The position numbers were made by a program, and so were the translations under genes. The notes under the pieces are model-generated. The model had not been told where the DNA came from. It saw only the letters and a list, made by a program, of their open reading frames with translations, and searched no databases. A DNA stretch of 64,000 nt from Candidatus Izemoplasmatales bacterium. GTDB lineage: Bacteria; Bacillota_I; Bacilli_A; Izemoplasmatales; Hujiaoplasmataceae. The DNA is taken from positions 320,001 to 384,000 of the forward strand of contig JBMNEZ010000001.1 in NCBI GenBank assembly GCA_050949045.1, read 5' to 3'. Shown in pieces: positions 9,762 through 18,549 of this stretch; within the stretch, counting starts at the first letter, position 1; each line of letters begins with the position of its first letter.

Positions 9762-10385
9762 ATGGAGAATTATCTTGAATCATTGAATCAAAACCATCCC
9801 GATCCTCTGATGGAAGCCATCAGATTGCAGGCGTGTGCGCAGGCAATTCCGATCATCAAAATGGAAACACTGGTTTTCATTGAACAGATGGCTTTACTTT
9901 CCAAGGCGGAGCGTGTTCTCGAAATCGGGGCGGCGATCGGCTATTTTGCCATCCATATGGCCAAATACGCCAATGTTCGGCTGACCTCAATCGAAATCGA
10001 CAAAACCTTAGCCGAGATCGCTAAGGCGAACATCGCCAAAGCCAATCAGGAAACGATGATCGATCTGCTTAACTCCGATGCCCTTGAAATTGAGACCGCT
10101 GGTCTTGGTATCTATGACATCATCTTTGTGGACGGGGCGAAGGGCAAGTACCGGGCATATTTTAACAAATACAAAGACTCGCTCAGGAAGGGTGGCTTCT
10201 ATGTTTTTGACAACCTGCTTTTCCGGGGCCAGGTTGCCCATCCGGAAACGATCATCAGCCGCAACCGGCGTCAACTAGTGAACAAAATCAAGGATTTCAA
10301 TGCATTCATTCTCGATCAACCAGACTTCAACACCCGCATTTACCCGCTCGGCGACGGTATCGCCGTGGCGATCAAAATGAGGTGA
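9762..10385 (+). CDS. trmR: tRNA 5-hydroxyuridine O-methyltransferase (YrrM-like)
   Basis: LEIGAAIGY, DIIFVDGAKG, DNLLFRG; syntenic with the U32 pair. Confidence 0.82.
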   Translation: MENYLESLNQNHPDPLMEAIRLQACAQAIPIIKMETLVFIEQMALLSKAERVLEIGAAIGYFAIHMAKYANVRLTSIEIDKTLAEIAKANIAKANQETMIDLLNSDALEIETAGLGIYDIIFVDGAKGKYRAYFNKYKDSLRKGGFYVFDNLLFRGQVAHPETIISRNRRQLVNKIKDFNAFILDQPDFNTRIYPLGDGIAVAIKMR

Positions 10386-11257
10386 TCATGATGGAGATCA
10401 TCGCTTTGCCGAAAAACCTTACCGAGATCACAAAACTGAAAGAACTGGGCATCAAGACGTTATTGTTTGAGAGCGATCGGTTTTCAAGAACGGCAGTCAT
10501 GCCTCTCGAAGAACAAAATTTGACAAGAGCCATTAAGATCACCAAAAAAGCCGGGATGAAGGCCTATGTCCGTCTTAACACGATCGTCGGGGAAAGCGAT
10601 CTCGCCGATCTCGAGTGTTTCCTTGCACGGCTTGCTAGTGAGGATCCCGATGGGATAGTTTTTTATGATCTCACGATCGGCGTCATCCTTGAGAGCCTTT
10701 GCCAAGGGCATAAAGGCATCTATCAGCCGGGCACGTTCAATACCCACACCGACAGCTTAATATTTCTCAAGAATCTTGGCATTTCAAAAGCGACCATCTC
10801 AAAGGAGATTTCGTTTCAGAAAATCCAAAGCATCATCGATAACAACCCTGGTTTTGAATTGTCTCTCATCGGTCACGGCTTCATTGACTGTTTTTATTCC
10901 AAGCGTCCGCTCTTGTCGCTTTTTGCCGAGTATAAAGGCTTTCAGTATAACCAAGATGCCATTTATCATATTAGTGAGAAATCGCGACCTGGAGAGCTTT
11001 ACCCAATCTCGGAAGACCGTGCCGGAACCCATATCCATCGTCCAAAAAAGCTGCATTCTTTTGCTCAACTTGCGTATTTGAAGAATCATATCCAAGCGCT
11101 TTTCGTCGAGCGATATCGGATCGCTGATTGTGAGTATTACGAAGCGATTAAGGCATATCATAGCGGTGATTATGAAGCCTTTCTCCAAGAATACGGAAAT
11201 GAATACGACAACTCGATTCTAAATCAAGAGACACGTCTCAGGAAGGCACTATTATGA
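10382..11257 (+). CDS. U32 family protein (YrrN/TrhP1-like, tRNA hydroxylation)
   Basis: ISKEIS, GHG..CFYSKRPLL and YPISEDRAGTHI motifs; precedes a second U32 gene. Confidence 0.75.
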   Translation: MIMMEIIALPKNLTEITKLKELGIKTLLFESDRFSRTAVMPLEEQNLTRAIKITKKAGMKAYVRLNTIVGESDLADLECFLARLASEDPDGIVFYDLTIGVILESLCQGHKGIYQPGTFNTHTDSLIFLKNLGISKATISKEISFQKIQSIIDNNPGFELSLIGHGFIDCFYSKRPLLSLFAEYKGFQYNQDAIYHISEKSRPGELYPISEDRAGTHIHRPKKLHSFAQLAYLKNHIQALFVERYRIADCEYYEAIKAYHSGDYEAFLQEYGNEYDNSILNQETRLRKALL

Positions 11258-12432
11258 TACCGGAGCTGCTAGCGCCTGCCGGCGATCTCGAAAAGGTCAG
11301 GATCGCGTTTCTGTATGGAGCCGACAGCGTATACATCGGCGGCCGCGTGTTATCGTTGAGGGCCAGGGCATCAGATTTCGATCTCGAAGGGATCAAAGAA
11401 GCAATCGCGATCGCCAGAGATTTCGGAAAAAAACTTTATGTGACGACGAACATCGTTCCTCATGACGAGGATTTGGCGGGAATTGACGAATACTTGAGTT
11501 CATTGGCCGATCTCGGTGTCGATGCAATCATCGTCTCCGATCCTTACATCATCAGCCTAGCGAAGAAGATCGGATCGCTCAAGATCCATATCTCGACTCA
11601 AGTTTCGGTCGCAAACAGCAGATTGTGCAATTATTTCAAACGTTTGGGAGCCAGTCGAATCGTTTTGGCCAGAGAGCTCTCGTTGGCGGAAATCAGTAAA
11701 ATCAGAGACAAAACCGAGACAGAACTTGAGGTATTTATCCACGGAGGGATGTGTGTCAGCTATTCCGGCAGATGCACTCTTTCGAATATCATGACAGGGA
11801 GAGACGCCAACCGCGGCGGCTGCGCCCACAGTTGCCGTTGGAACTACGAACTGTATCGCAACAACTCCCCTTTCCACGACGACTTCCAAATTGCTTCAAG
11901 GGATCTTGAGGCAATAGAGTTTCTGCCCGCCTTGATCGATCTAGGTGTCGATTCCTTCAAGATCGAAGGACGGATGAAGTCGCTTCATTATATCGCCACC
12001 GTCGTCAGAACCTACCGCCGGTTGATCGATGACCACCTCGCGGGAAGAACAATCGATTTCGACAGATACTACCATGAGTTGGCTCGAGCCGAGAACCGGC
12101 CTTTCGGGCCGGGGTTATTTAAAAAGGCGACTTTGGCTTCACAGTTATACGGAGGAACCGACAATGAACCCTCCCAGGACTTCATTGGCCTCGTTCTCGG
12201 ATATGATGCCCAGAAAAAAGAGGCGATCGTCGAGCAACGCAACCATTTCCGTCCGGGAGACAAAGCGGAGATCATCACGCCTGACGGCTCTGATTTTGAG
12301 TTTGTGATCGAAAGGATTGTGAAAGAGACCGGAGAGGTTGTCGATGCGGCGAGGCATCCGCTTGAAAAGGTCAGGATTCCTCTTGGAACTCCTATTGGAC
12401 CATATGCTCTGTTAAGGAAGGTGTCAAATTGA
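11254..12432 (+). CDS. U32 family protein (YrrO/TrhP2-like, tRNA hydroxylation)
   Basis: PELLAPAG, HGGMCVSYSGRC, NRGGCAHSCRW, SFKIEGRMKS. Confidence 0.9.
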   Translation: MIPELLAPAGDLEKVRIAFLYGADSVYIGGRVLSLRARASDFDLEGIKEAIAIARDFGKKLYVTTNIVPHDEDLAGIDEYLSSLADLGVDAIIVSDPYIISLAKKIGSLKIHISTQVSVANSRLCNYFKRLGASRIVLARELSLAEISKIRDKTETELEVFIHGGMCVSYSGRCTLSNIMTGRDANRGGCAHSCRWNYELYRNNSPFHDDFQIASRDLEAIEFLPALIDLGVDSFKIEGRMKSLHYIATVVRTYRRLIDDHLAGRTIDFDRYYHELARAENRPFGPGLFKKATLASQLYGGTDNEPSQDFIGLVLGYDAQKKEAIVEQRNHFRPGDKAEIITPDGSDFEFVIERIVKETGEVVDAARHPLEKVRIPLGTPIGPYALLRKVSN

Positions 12433-13049
12433 TGAAACCGGTTATCATCGCCGTTGCCGGAGGCTCTTCCTCGGGGAAGACGACTGTCGTCGACAAACTC
12501 ATCCTAAATCTTGGCGAGTATCCGATCACTGTCATCAAGCACGATGACTATTATAAGGATCAGTCGGAGATGTCGATCGAAGAACGCCGGAAAGTGAATT
12601 ACGACCACCCATTTTCGCTTGACAATGATCTATTCTATCGGAATCTGTGTGATTTGATTGCGGGTAAGACAATCAAGAAGCCTACTTATGATTTCAAGTT
12701 GCATACGAGGGCAAGCGAAACCGAGATTGTTAAGCCTTCCAAAATCATCATCCTCGAGGGAATCTTGATCCTCGAAGATGAAAGAATTCGCAAACTCGCC
12801 GACATCAAGATCTATGTCGAGACCGATGACGATGTCCGTTTCATCAGAAGGCTTGTCCGCGACACCAAAGAACGCGGCCGAACAATGGAGAGCGTCATCG
12901 ATCAATACCTGACGACGGTCAAACCCATGCATTTTGCCTTCGTGAAACCGACAAAACGCTATGCGGATATCATCATTCCCAACGACTATGAACACGATGT
13001 TGCCGTCGATTTGGTCAAAGCAAAAATTATGTCTATTTTAAATCCATGA
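12432..13049 (+). CDS. udk: Uridine kinase
   Basis: AGGSSSGKTT, DDYYK, NYDHP, RRLVRDTKERGR. Confidence 0.96.
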   Translation: MKPVIIAVAGGSSSGKTTVVDKLILNLGEYPITVIKHDDYYKDQSEMSIEERRKVNYDHPFSLDNDLFYRNLCDLIAGKTIKKPTYDFKLHTRASETEIVKPSKIIILEGILILEDERIRKLADIKIYVETDDDVRFIRRLVRDTKERGRTMESVIDQYLTTVKPMHFAFVKPTKRYADIIIPNDYEHDVAVDLVKAKIMSILNP

Positions 13050-13091
13050 CTTATGCTATAATTAATATCACTTTGGAGGAGGCAGTGCAAT

Positions 13092-13559
13092 ATGGATAAC
13101 ATCTATCAATTGACTGAACAAGGCTATGAAAACTACAGACAGGAGCTTGAGACGCTCAAGGACGTCGATCGCAAACGGAATCTTGAGGCTTTGAAAGAAG
13201 CGAGGGCCCAGGGAGATCTGACTGAAAATGCGGATTACGACGCCGCTAGGAACGAACAGGCTCAGATCGAAGCGAGAATCAAGGAACTCGAGAATATCCT
13301 TAAGCACTCGAAGATCATTTCGAGCTCCAAAAGTTCCAAGGTTGTTTCGATCGGCAAGACCGTCCAGATCAAGTTTTCAAGCGACATGGTTCGGGAATAC
13401 AAGATCGTCGGTCATCTCGAGGCAAATCCGCTCCAAGGCAAGATTTCGAACGAATCCCCGATCGGGAAGGCATTGATTGGCAAATCCAAAGGTTCGACTG
13501 TCACCTACAAAGCGGAAACGGGAACGGAGATCGCGGTGGAAATCATCGATATCAAATAA
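13092..13559 (+). CDS. greA: Transcription elongation factor GreA
   Basis: GDLTENADYDAAR, ISNESPIGKAL. Confidence 0.97.
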   Translation: MDNIYQLTEQGYENYRQELETLKDVDRKRNLEALKEARAQGDLTENADYDAARNEQAQIEARIKELENILKHSKIISSSKSSKVVSIGKTVQIKFSSDMVREYKIVGHLEANPLQGKISNESPIGKALIGKSKGSTVTYKAETGTEIAVEIIDIK

Positions 13560-13565
13560 AAGACG

Positions 13566-13590
13566 AGAAAATGAAAATTTTCTCTTTTTT
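13566..13590 (+). terminator. Terminator-like hairpin after greA
   Basis: GAGAAAAT-GAAA-ATTTTCTC plus a T run. Confidence 0.6.
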
Positions 13591-13607
13591 CTGATGGGAG
13601 TGGTAAA

Positions 13608-14303
13608 ATGATCGCGATTATCGGAGCGATGGACAGCGAGATCGAAGCGTTATTACAGCAACTAAAACTGCAAAAAACCGTCACTTTCGCCGATAAGGCA
13701 CTTTATCTCGGTGTTTTGCGGGGGCATGATGTCTTGATTGCCAAATCCGGCATCGGCAAGGTCAACACTGCGATGATGACGACTTATGTCCTCAGCCACT
13801 ACAAGATCGATTTTCTCATCAACATCGGCGTCGCCGGCGGTGTTTTTGGAGTTAGGGTCGGTGATTTGTTATTAGCTGAAGGCATTTGCTATTTCGATGT
13901 CTCCCTCGCAGAGATCGGCGACTATCCCTATGGTAAAATGGGAGACGATCCCCTGATTGTTTATCCTGATCCCGGACTTTTGGAAAAAGCAAGAAAAGTA
14001 TTTGCCTTTAACAAACTGAACTATCAAAGCGGGATCATTGCTTCTGGAGACAGTTTTGTCACCGCTCTAGAACAAATCCGAAAAATCAGCGAAGTCGTTG
14101 AGGGCATCAAGGCCTGTGAGATGGAGGGGATGGCGATTGGCATCTGTTGTCATAAACTTGATGTTCCGTTTCTGTCGATCCGAGGGATTAGCGATCTCAT
14201 CCAGAAACCCGGCCAGAAAGCAACTTACAAAACAGCGATGAAGGATGTTGCGGCAATGACTGCCGGGGCTGTTTTGTTTTTTCTTGAGGCTTATCGCCGA
14301 TGA
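13608..14303 (+). CDS. mtnN: 5'-methylthioadenosine/S-adenosylhomocysteine nucleosidase
   Basis: IIGAMDSE, SGIGKVN, GDSFV, CEMEG, RGISD. Confidence 0.92.
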   Translation: MIAIIGAMDSEIEALLQQLKLQKTVTFADKALYLGVLRGHDVLIAKSGIGKVNTAMMTTYVLSHYKIDFLINIGVAGGVFGVRVGDLLLAEGICYFDVSLAEIGDYPYGKMGDDPLIVYPDPGLLEKARKVFAFNKLNYQSGIIASGDSFVTALEQIRKISEVVEGIKACEMEGMAIGICCHKLDVPFLSIRGISDLIQKPGQKATYKTAMKDVAAMTAGAVLFFLEAYRR

Positions 14304-14986
14304 AGATCCCCTTTTTTGGTCGGCTAATCGAAGTCGAAGTCGAATTGAAAAACATCAAACACACCTATCTCCACCGTAAGGGTGAAGATCACATCCTAGT
14401 TACCAGTCGGCGTCTTTTTGACCGGGTTTCGCTTCAAAAATTGCTCGAGAGAAACCGCGCCAAAGTTGATCGACTGTTAGACAAGACCAGCAAAGAACCC
14501 TTGACAAGCCCAGGAACCGTCAGCCTCTTTCAAGAAGCTATCCCGGTTATTTATGAGAATAAAGAACTGACTTGCTGGAGTTTTACGCAGGGAACACTTT
14601 TGCTTTCCGGTAAGGATGAAGCCAATCAAAAGGCGGCTCTTGAAGCTTTTTACCGCTTCAAGGTCAAAGAAGCGGCGGTTGAGGAAATGGAAAAGCTTCA
14701 GCATACCGTTGGTTTGCATTTAAATCTCGGGAAGATCAATTTCAAAGTGAAAAGGCTTAAGTCCCGGCTGGGAAGCTATAGCCAAAAAACGAGGACGGTC
14801 GTGCTCAATTCTCTGCTCGGACGGTTCAAGCGCGAATATCTCAGGATCATCTTGATCCATGAGTTGGTCCATACCAGAGTCTCTGGGCACCAAGCCGATT
14901 TTTACAGGTTGCTTTTAGCATTTGTCCCTGATTACCATCGAAAAAAAAACGAACTGTCGTCTTTGATCAAAAGATACGAGATCTGA
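14300..14986 (+). CDS. YgjP/DUF45-like HExxH metalloprotein
   Basis: KSRLGSYS, HELVH (HExxH), H..FY..L..FVPDY. Confidence 0.75.
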   Translation: MKIPFFGRLIEVEVELKNIKHTYLHRKGEDHILVTSRRLFDRVSLQKLLERNRAKVDRLLDKTSKEPLTSPGTVSLFQEAIPVIYENKELTCWSFTQGTLLLSGKDEANQKAALEAFYRFKVKEAAVEEMEKLQHTVGLHLNLGKINFKVKRLKSRLGSYSQKTRTVVLNSLLGRFKREYLRIILIHELVHTRVSGHQADFYRLLLAFVPDYHRKKNELSSLIKRYEI

Positions 14987-14996
14987 GAAAGAAAAA

Positions 14997-15145
14997 TGAT
15001 CCAATACCGGAATCAAAAGCATGACCGGAAGTCTTGATCTGATCGGAATAAGTCCCAAATTCCTGATTAAGAATAAACTTACCCCTCAGGCAGGAATAAC
15101 CCCAAGACGAGTGAGAGCGGCACAGTGTCTTTGTATATGGGTAAC
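14997..15145. ncRNA. Candidate rod-like structured ncRNA (6S-like?)
   Basis: Nested complementary helices found by eye: ATCCAATAC/GTATATGGGT, TGACCG/CGGCA, GTCTTG/CAAGAC, ATTCCTG/CAGGAAT. No credible ORF. Strand uncertain. Confidence 0.4.
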
Positions 15146-15173
15146 GATTAAGTCAATCCGCTAAAAATAGAAT

Positions 15174-15202
15174 TGGACTTTTAGAGAAAAATCCAGTATA
15201 AT
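15174..15202 (+). promoter_or_regulatory. Sigma-A promoter of the yqeG operon
   Basis: TGGACT-17 nt-TATAAT. Confidence 0.65.
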
Positions 15203-15232
15203 ATAGTTAAAAATCGGGAGAATCAGAAAACG

Positions 15233-15790
15233 ATGAGTTTGTTGTTCAAGAACAAGGTTTTTTATCCATACGACTACCAGAAGAGTGTTTTTGACATTGA
15301 TTACCGTGCTTTGCAGGAAAAAGGCGTCAAATTGTTAATGATTGACCTTGATAATACGCTGATTCCTTACGATGAATCCGAACCCAATGACGATATTAGA
15401 AATTTATTTGCCCATCTCAAGGAAATGGGATTTAAAATTATAGTCATCTCCAATAGCCGCAAGAAGCGGGTCGAAGCATTCGCAAATGCTCTTTCCGTGA
15501 AGTTTGTCTCAAACGCTATGAAACCACTACGCTGTGGTTTTCGCCGAGCACAAGCCCTCTATCCAGGCATTAAGGAAACCGAAGTGGCGGTGATCGGAGA
15601 CCAGTTCATGACTGACGTTCTCGGTGGAAACCGTTGCCATTACTTGGTTGTTGTCGTCGATGCGATTAAAAGACAAGTCGAGAAATGGTATACCAGAATC
15701 AATCGCAGACTCGAAAAACGGGTCCTTTCCCGCATCAAGAAAGCGGATTTTCCTTTTTTTCAAAGGCTGAAACTTGATGGAAAGAGGTAA
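15233..15790 (+). CDS. yqeG: YqeG family HAD IIIA phosphatase
   Basis: IDLDNTL, ISNS, AMKP, IGDQFMTDVLGGNR. Confidence 0.92.
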   Translation: MSLLFKNKVFYPYDYQKSVFDIDYRALQEKGVKLLMIDLDNTLIPYDESEPNDDIRNLFAHLKEMGFKIIVISNSRKKRVEAFANALSVKFVSNAMKPLRCGFRRAQALYPGIKETEVAVIGDQFMTDVLGGNRCHYLVVVVDAIKRQVEKWYTRINRRLEKRVLSRIKKADFPFFQRLKLDGKR

Positions 15791-15795
15791 CGGAG

Positions 15796-16914
15796 ATGGC
15801 TGAACTCTACTGCAAGGGTTGTGGGGCGCTCCTACAACAAGAGAACAAGACGCTGCCCGGATACGTTTCGGAAAACATCAACCTTCACGATGAGACGAAA
15901 CCAGTTCTTTGCCAGCGTTGTTTTCGTCTCCGTCACTATAGCGATGCGATCACCTACTCACTTTCGAATGATGAATATGCCACGGTGATCAACCGGATCA
16001 AGAACGAAAACGCTCTAATCGTCAAAGTCGTCGACATTTTCGATTACTCCGGATCTTTCGTTCCGGCAATCAAACGGCTTACCGGCAATGAGGATGTCAT
16101 TCTCGTCGGCAACAAGATGGATCTTTTACCGAAAAATGTAAAAGACGAAAAGATTATCACCTGGCTCAAACAAATGTTGGCCATGGAGGGCTTCATCGTC
16201 TTGGACAGCATTCTGATTTCCGCCAAATACGGTAAAAACTTTGATCAATTGATGACAATGATCGAAAAGTACAAAGGCAATCGCAATGTTTATATCGTCG
16301 GCTCAATCAACGTTGGTAAGTCACGGATCGTGAATCAGATCTTAAAGCGCTATTTGGGATATCCGACCGATGTCGTCACCGTTTCTCAAACACCGGGGAC
16401 AACAATCGGCATGATCGGTTTCCCCCTTCTCGACGGCACGATGATCTTTGATACCCCCGGCGTCATCAACAAGCACCAGTACACCCATTACTTGACTAAA
16501 GCCTCCTACAAGATTACGGTCCCCAAGAAAGAGATCAAGCCGCTTGTATTCCAACTCCTTGAGGGACAGACGCTGTTCTTCGGCGGCCTCGCGAGACTTG
16601 ATGTCATCAACGGCGAGACCGGCGACAGGGTCAATCTGGTGACCTATTTCGCCAACACCGTCAATATCCACCGCACGAAGACCGAACGGGCGGACGAGCT
16701 CTACGAAAGCAAGCTATACACCTTGCTTAGCCCGCCTTTCTCGAAGAATGAGAACTTGCCAAAATGGGTCTACCACGAATTCAAGATCCGCGACAACCTC
16801 AAATACGACATCGTCTTTTCCGGACTTGGCTTCGTGACGATCAGGGCACCCTTCTATATCCGCGCCCACGCACCCTTTGTCGTCGGCATCTACGCCCGTC
16901 CGGCGATCATCTGA
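15796..16914 (+). CDS. yqeH: Ribosome biogenesis GTPase YqeH
   Basis: CxGCG...CQRC zinc finger, NKMD, NVGKS, PGTT, DTPG (circularly permuted GTPase). Confidence 0.96.
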   Translation: MAELYCKGCGALLQQENKTLPGYVSENINLHDETKPVLCQRCFRLRHYSDAITYSLSNDEYATVINRIKNENALIVKVVDIFDYSGSFVPAIKRLTGNEDVILVGNKMDLLPKNVKDEKIITWLKQMLAMEGFIVLDSILISAKYGKNFDQLMTMIEKYKGNRNVYIVGSINVGKSRIVNQILKRYLGYPTDVVTVSQTPGTTIGMIGFPLLDGTMIFDTPGVINKHQYTHYLTKASYKITVPKKEIKPLVFQLLEGQTLFFGGLARLDVINGETGDRVNLVTYFANTVNIHRTKTERADELYESKLYTLLSPPFSKNENLPKWVYHEFKIRDNLKYDIVFSGLGFVTIRAPFYIRAHAPFVVGIYARPAII

Positions 16915-17489
16915 TGTTTCTCCTTTTGAGAGTCAGGTTCTTGTTGCGGATCAAACTGAGAAAAGATCCCGCAAGATGGCTGCATGTTAAGAGGATGATG
17001 AAAGTCGCCTTGAAACTTCAAAAGCACTACGGCGCAGACAAGAAGCAGACCAAGATCGCGGTTCTGCTTCACGACATCTTGAAAAACGAAGATCCGAAGA
17101 CATTAAAAAAAATGGTTGAAGAACACTTCCCTGCGCTTGATCACCAGGCTTTCCCCGAAGCCACCTGGCACGCGCTTTGCGCGATGATCTATGCGAAAGA
17201 GAAACTGGGAATTTCCGATAGCGATGTCTTGAATGCCATCAAGTATCATACGACCGGCAGGGTGGGGATGAGTCTGCTTGAGAAGATCATCTGCCTCGCC
17301 GACTATATTGAGGAAGGGCGGACCTATGTGAGCGAAGACATCAAGAGTCTCGCCTACCTTGACATCGACAAGGCGCTCTATTTATTGATGCTGGAAATAA
17401 CCGCTTATCTAAAAAAACACAATTTGCCAGTCTCTTCGCTCACACTGGCTGCGATTGGTGCATACACATCACAATATGGAGGTATTTGA
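16914..17489 (+). CDS. yqeK: Ap4A hydrolase YqeK (HD domain)
   Basis: R..H, LLHD, WHA, YHTTG, ADYIEEGR; start is the ATG overlapping the yqeH stop (TGATG). Confidence 0.88.
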   Translation: MFLLLRVRFLLRIKLRKDPARWLHVKRMMKVALKLQKHYGADKKQTKIAVLLHDILKNEDPKTLKKMVEEHFPALDHQAFPEATWHALCAMIYAKEKLGISDSDVLNAIKYHTTGRVGMSLLEKIICLADYIEEGRTYVSEDIKSLAYLDIDKALYLLMLEITAYLKKHNLPVSSLTLAAIGAYTSQYGGI

Positions 17490-17830
17490 TGACCGAACGG
17501 CTGAACCGGGTTGTCGAAACACTGAACAAACTGTTGTTAATGGATGTCCGCGTCTTTGATTTTCGGGGCTCCTCACCGTTTTTCGATTATCAGGTGATCG
17601 CTTCCGGAAAAAGCGAAAGACAGGTGCACGCGGCTATCGATCACCTGCTTCAAGCATTTCCCAAAGATGAGATCAGGCATATCGAGGGCAGGGACCAGAG
17701 TCGCTGGCTGCTCTTCGATCTCGGTGAGATCATCGTCCATGTGCTGCACAAGGATGAGCGTGAATACTACCAGTTTGAGAAATTGTTCATCGGCAAGGAA
17801 GTCGTTGAGTCAAATATCAAAGACATATGA
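17489..17830 (+). CDS. rsfS: Ribosome silencing factor
   Basis: DYQVIASG..RQV, EG...RWLLFDLGEIIVHV, REYYQFEKL. Confidence 0.93.
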   Translation: MTERLNRVVETLNKLLLMDVRVFDFRGSSPFFDYQVIASGKSERQVHAAIDHLLQAFPKDEIRHIEGRDQSRWLLFDLGEIIVHVLHKDEREYYQFEKLFIGKEVVESNIKDI

Positions 17831-18504
17831 GCTACGATCTCCTGGCGACATTTTATGACGCCTTTATCGATTCCGCTGTCTATAACGAGTATCTGAGACT
17901 TCTCGATAAATACACTTCGAGAGGCTCTTTGCTCGATATCGGCTGCGGTACCGGGTCCTTGTCTTTGAAACTGGCAAAACAGGGTTTCAATGTCACTGCC
18001 ACCGATCTTTCCGAGGAGATGCTGAGTATCGTCAGCTATCGCGCGAAAGAAGACGAGGTCGATCTCAACGTCGCTATCTATGACATGCTCGACCCGATCC
18101 CCCTCAGGTTCGACACGGTCATCGCTTCGATGGATGTCTTGAACCATCTCGCCGATCTTGAAGACGTCGAATTCGGATTCACGAACATCCATGAGGCGCT
18201 TAATCCCAACGGCATCTTCATCTTCGATGTTTTGTCTGCGGATTACATCGATATGCTCGATGGCTACATTGAGGACGATCCCAGGTACCAGATCCATTGG
18301 GAATCCCATAAGGGCAAGGAAAGGCACAGCATTGTCCATACCGTGCAGATGAAGATCGACGGGGAAATCAAGGAAGTCAAAATCTATGAACAGACATATG
18401 AGTTCAAACATTATGAAAATGTCGCTCGGAAGATCGGCTTCACGATCATCGAGAAGATTCCTCTGCCCGAGCGAATGATCTACGTGATGCAGAAAAACGA
18501 ATAA
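17827..18504 (+). CDS. Class I SAM-dependent methyltransferase (YqeM-like)
   Basis: LLDIGCGTG, DLSEEML, GIFIFDV; synteny. Confidence 0.85.
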   Translation: MSYDLLATFYDAFIDSAVYNEYLRLLDKYTSRGSLLDIGCGTGSLSLKLAKQGFNVTATDLSEEMLSIVSYRAKEDEVDLNVAIYDMLDPIPLRFDTVIASMDVLNHLADLEDVEFGFTNIHEALNPNGIFIFDVLSADYIDMLDGYIEDDPRYQIHWESHKGKERHSIVHTVQMKIDGEIKEVKIYEQTYEFKHYENVARKIGFTIIEKIPLPERMIYVMQKNE

Positions 18505-18549
18505 AAGCAATGTTTGTAATCCGGCGTATTATGTGAATGAGGTGAGATA

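Noticed and set aside
14941..14949. A9 homopolymer as a phase-variation tract
   Set aside because: It lies near the gene end, is in frame, and is explained by Lys codons.
16764..16913. 50-aa N-terminal extension of yqeK overlapping yqeH
   Set aside because: Non-protein-like sequence; the coupled ATG at 16914 is the better start.
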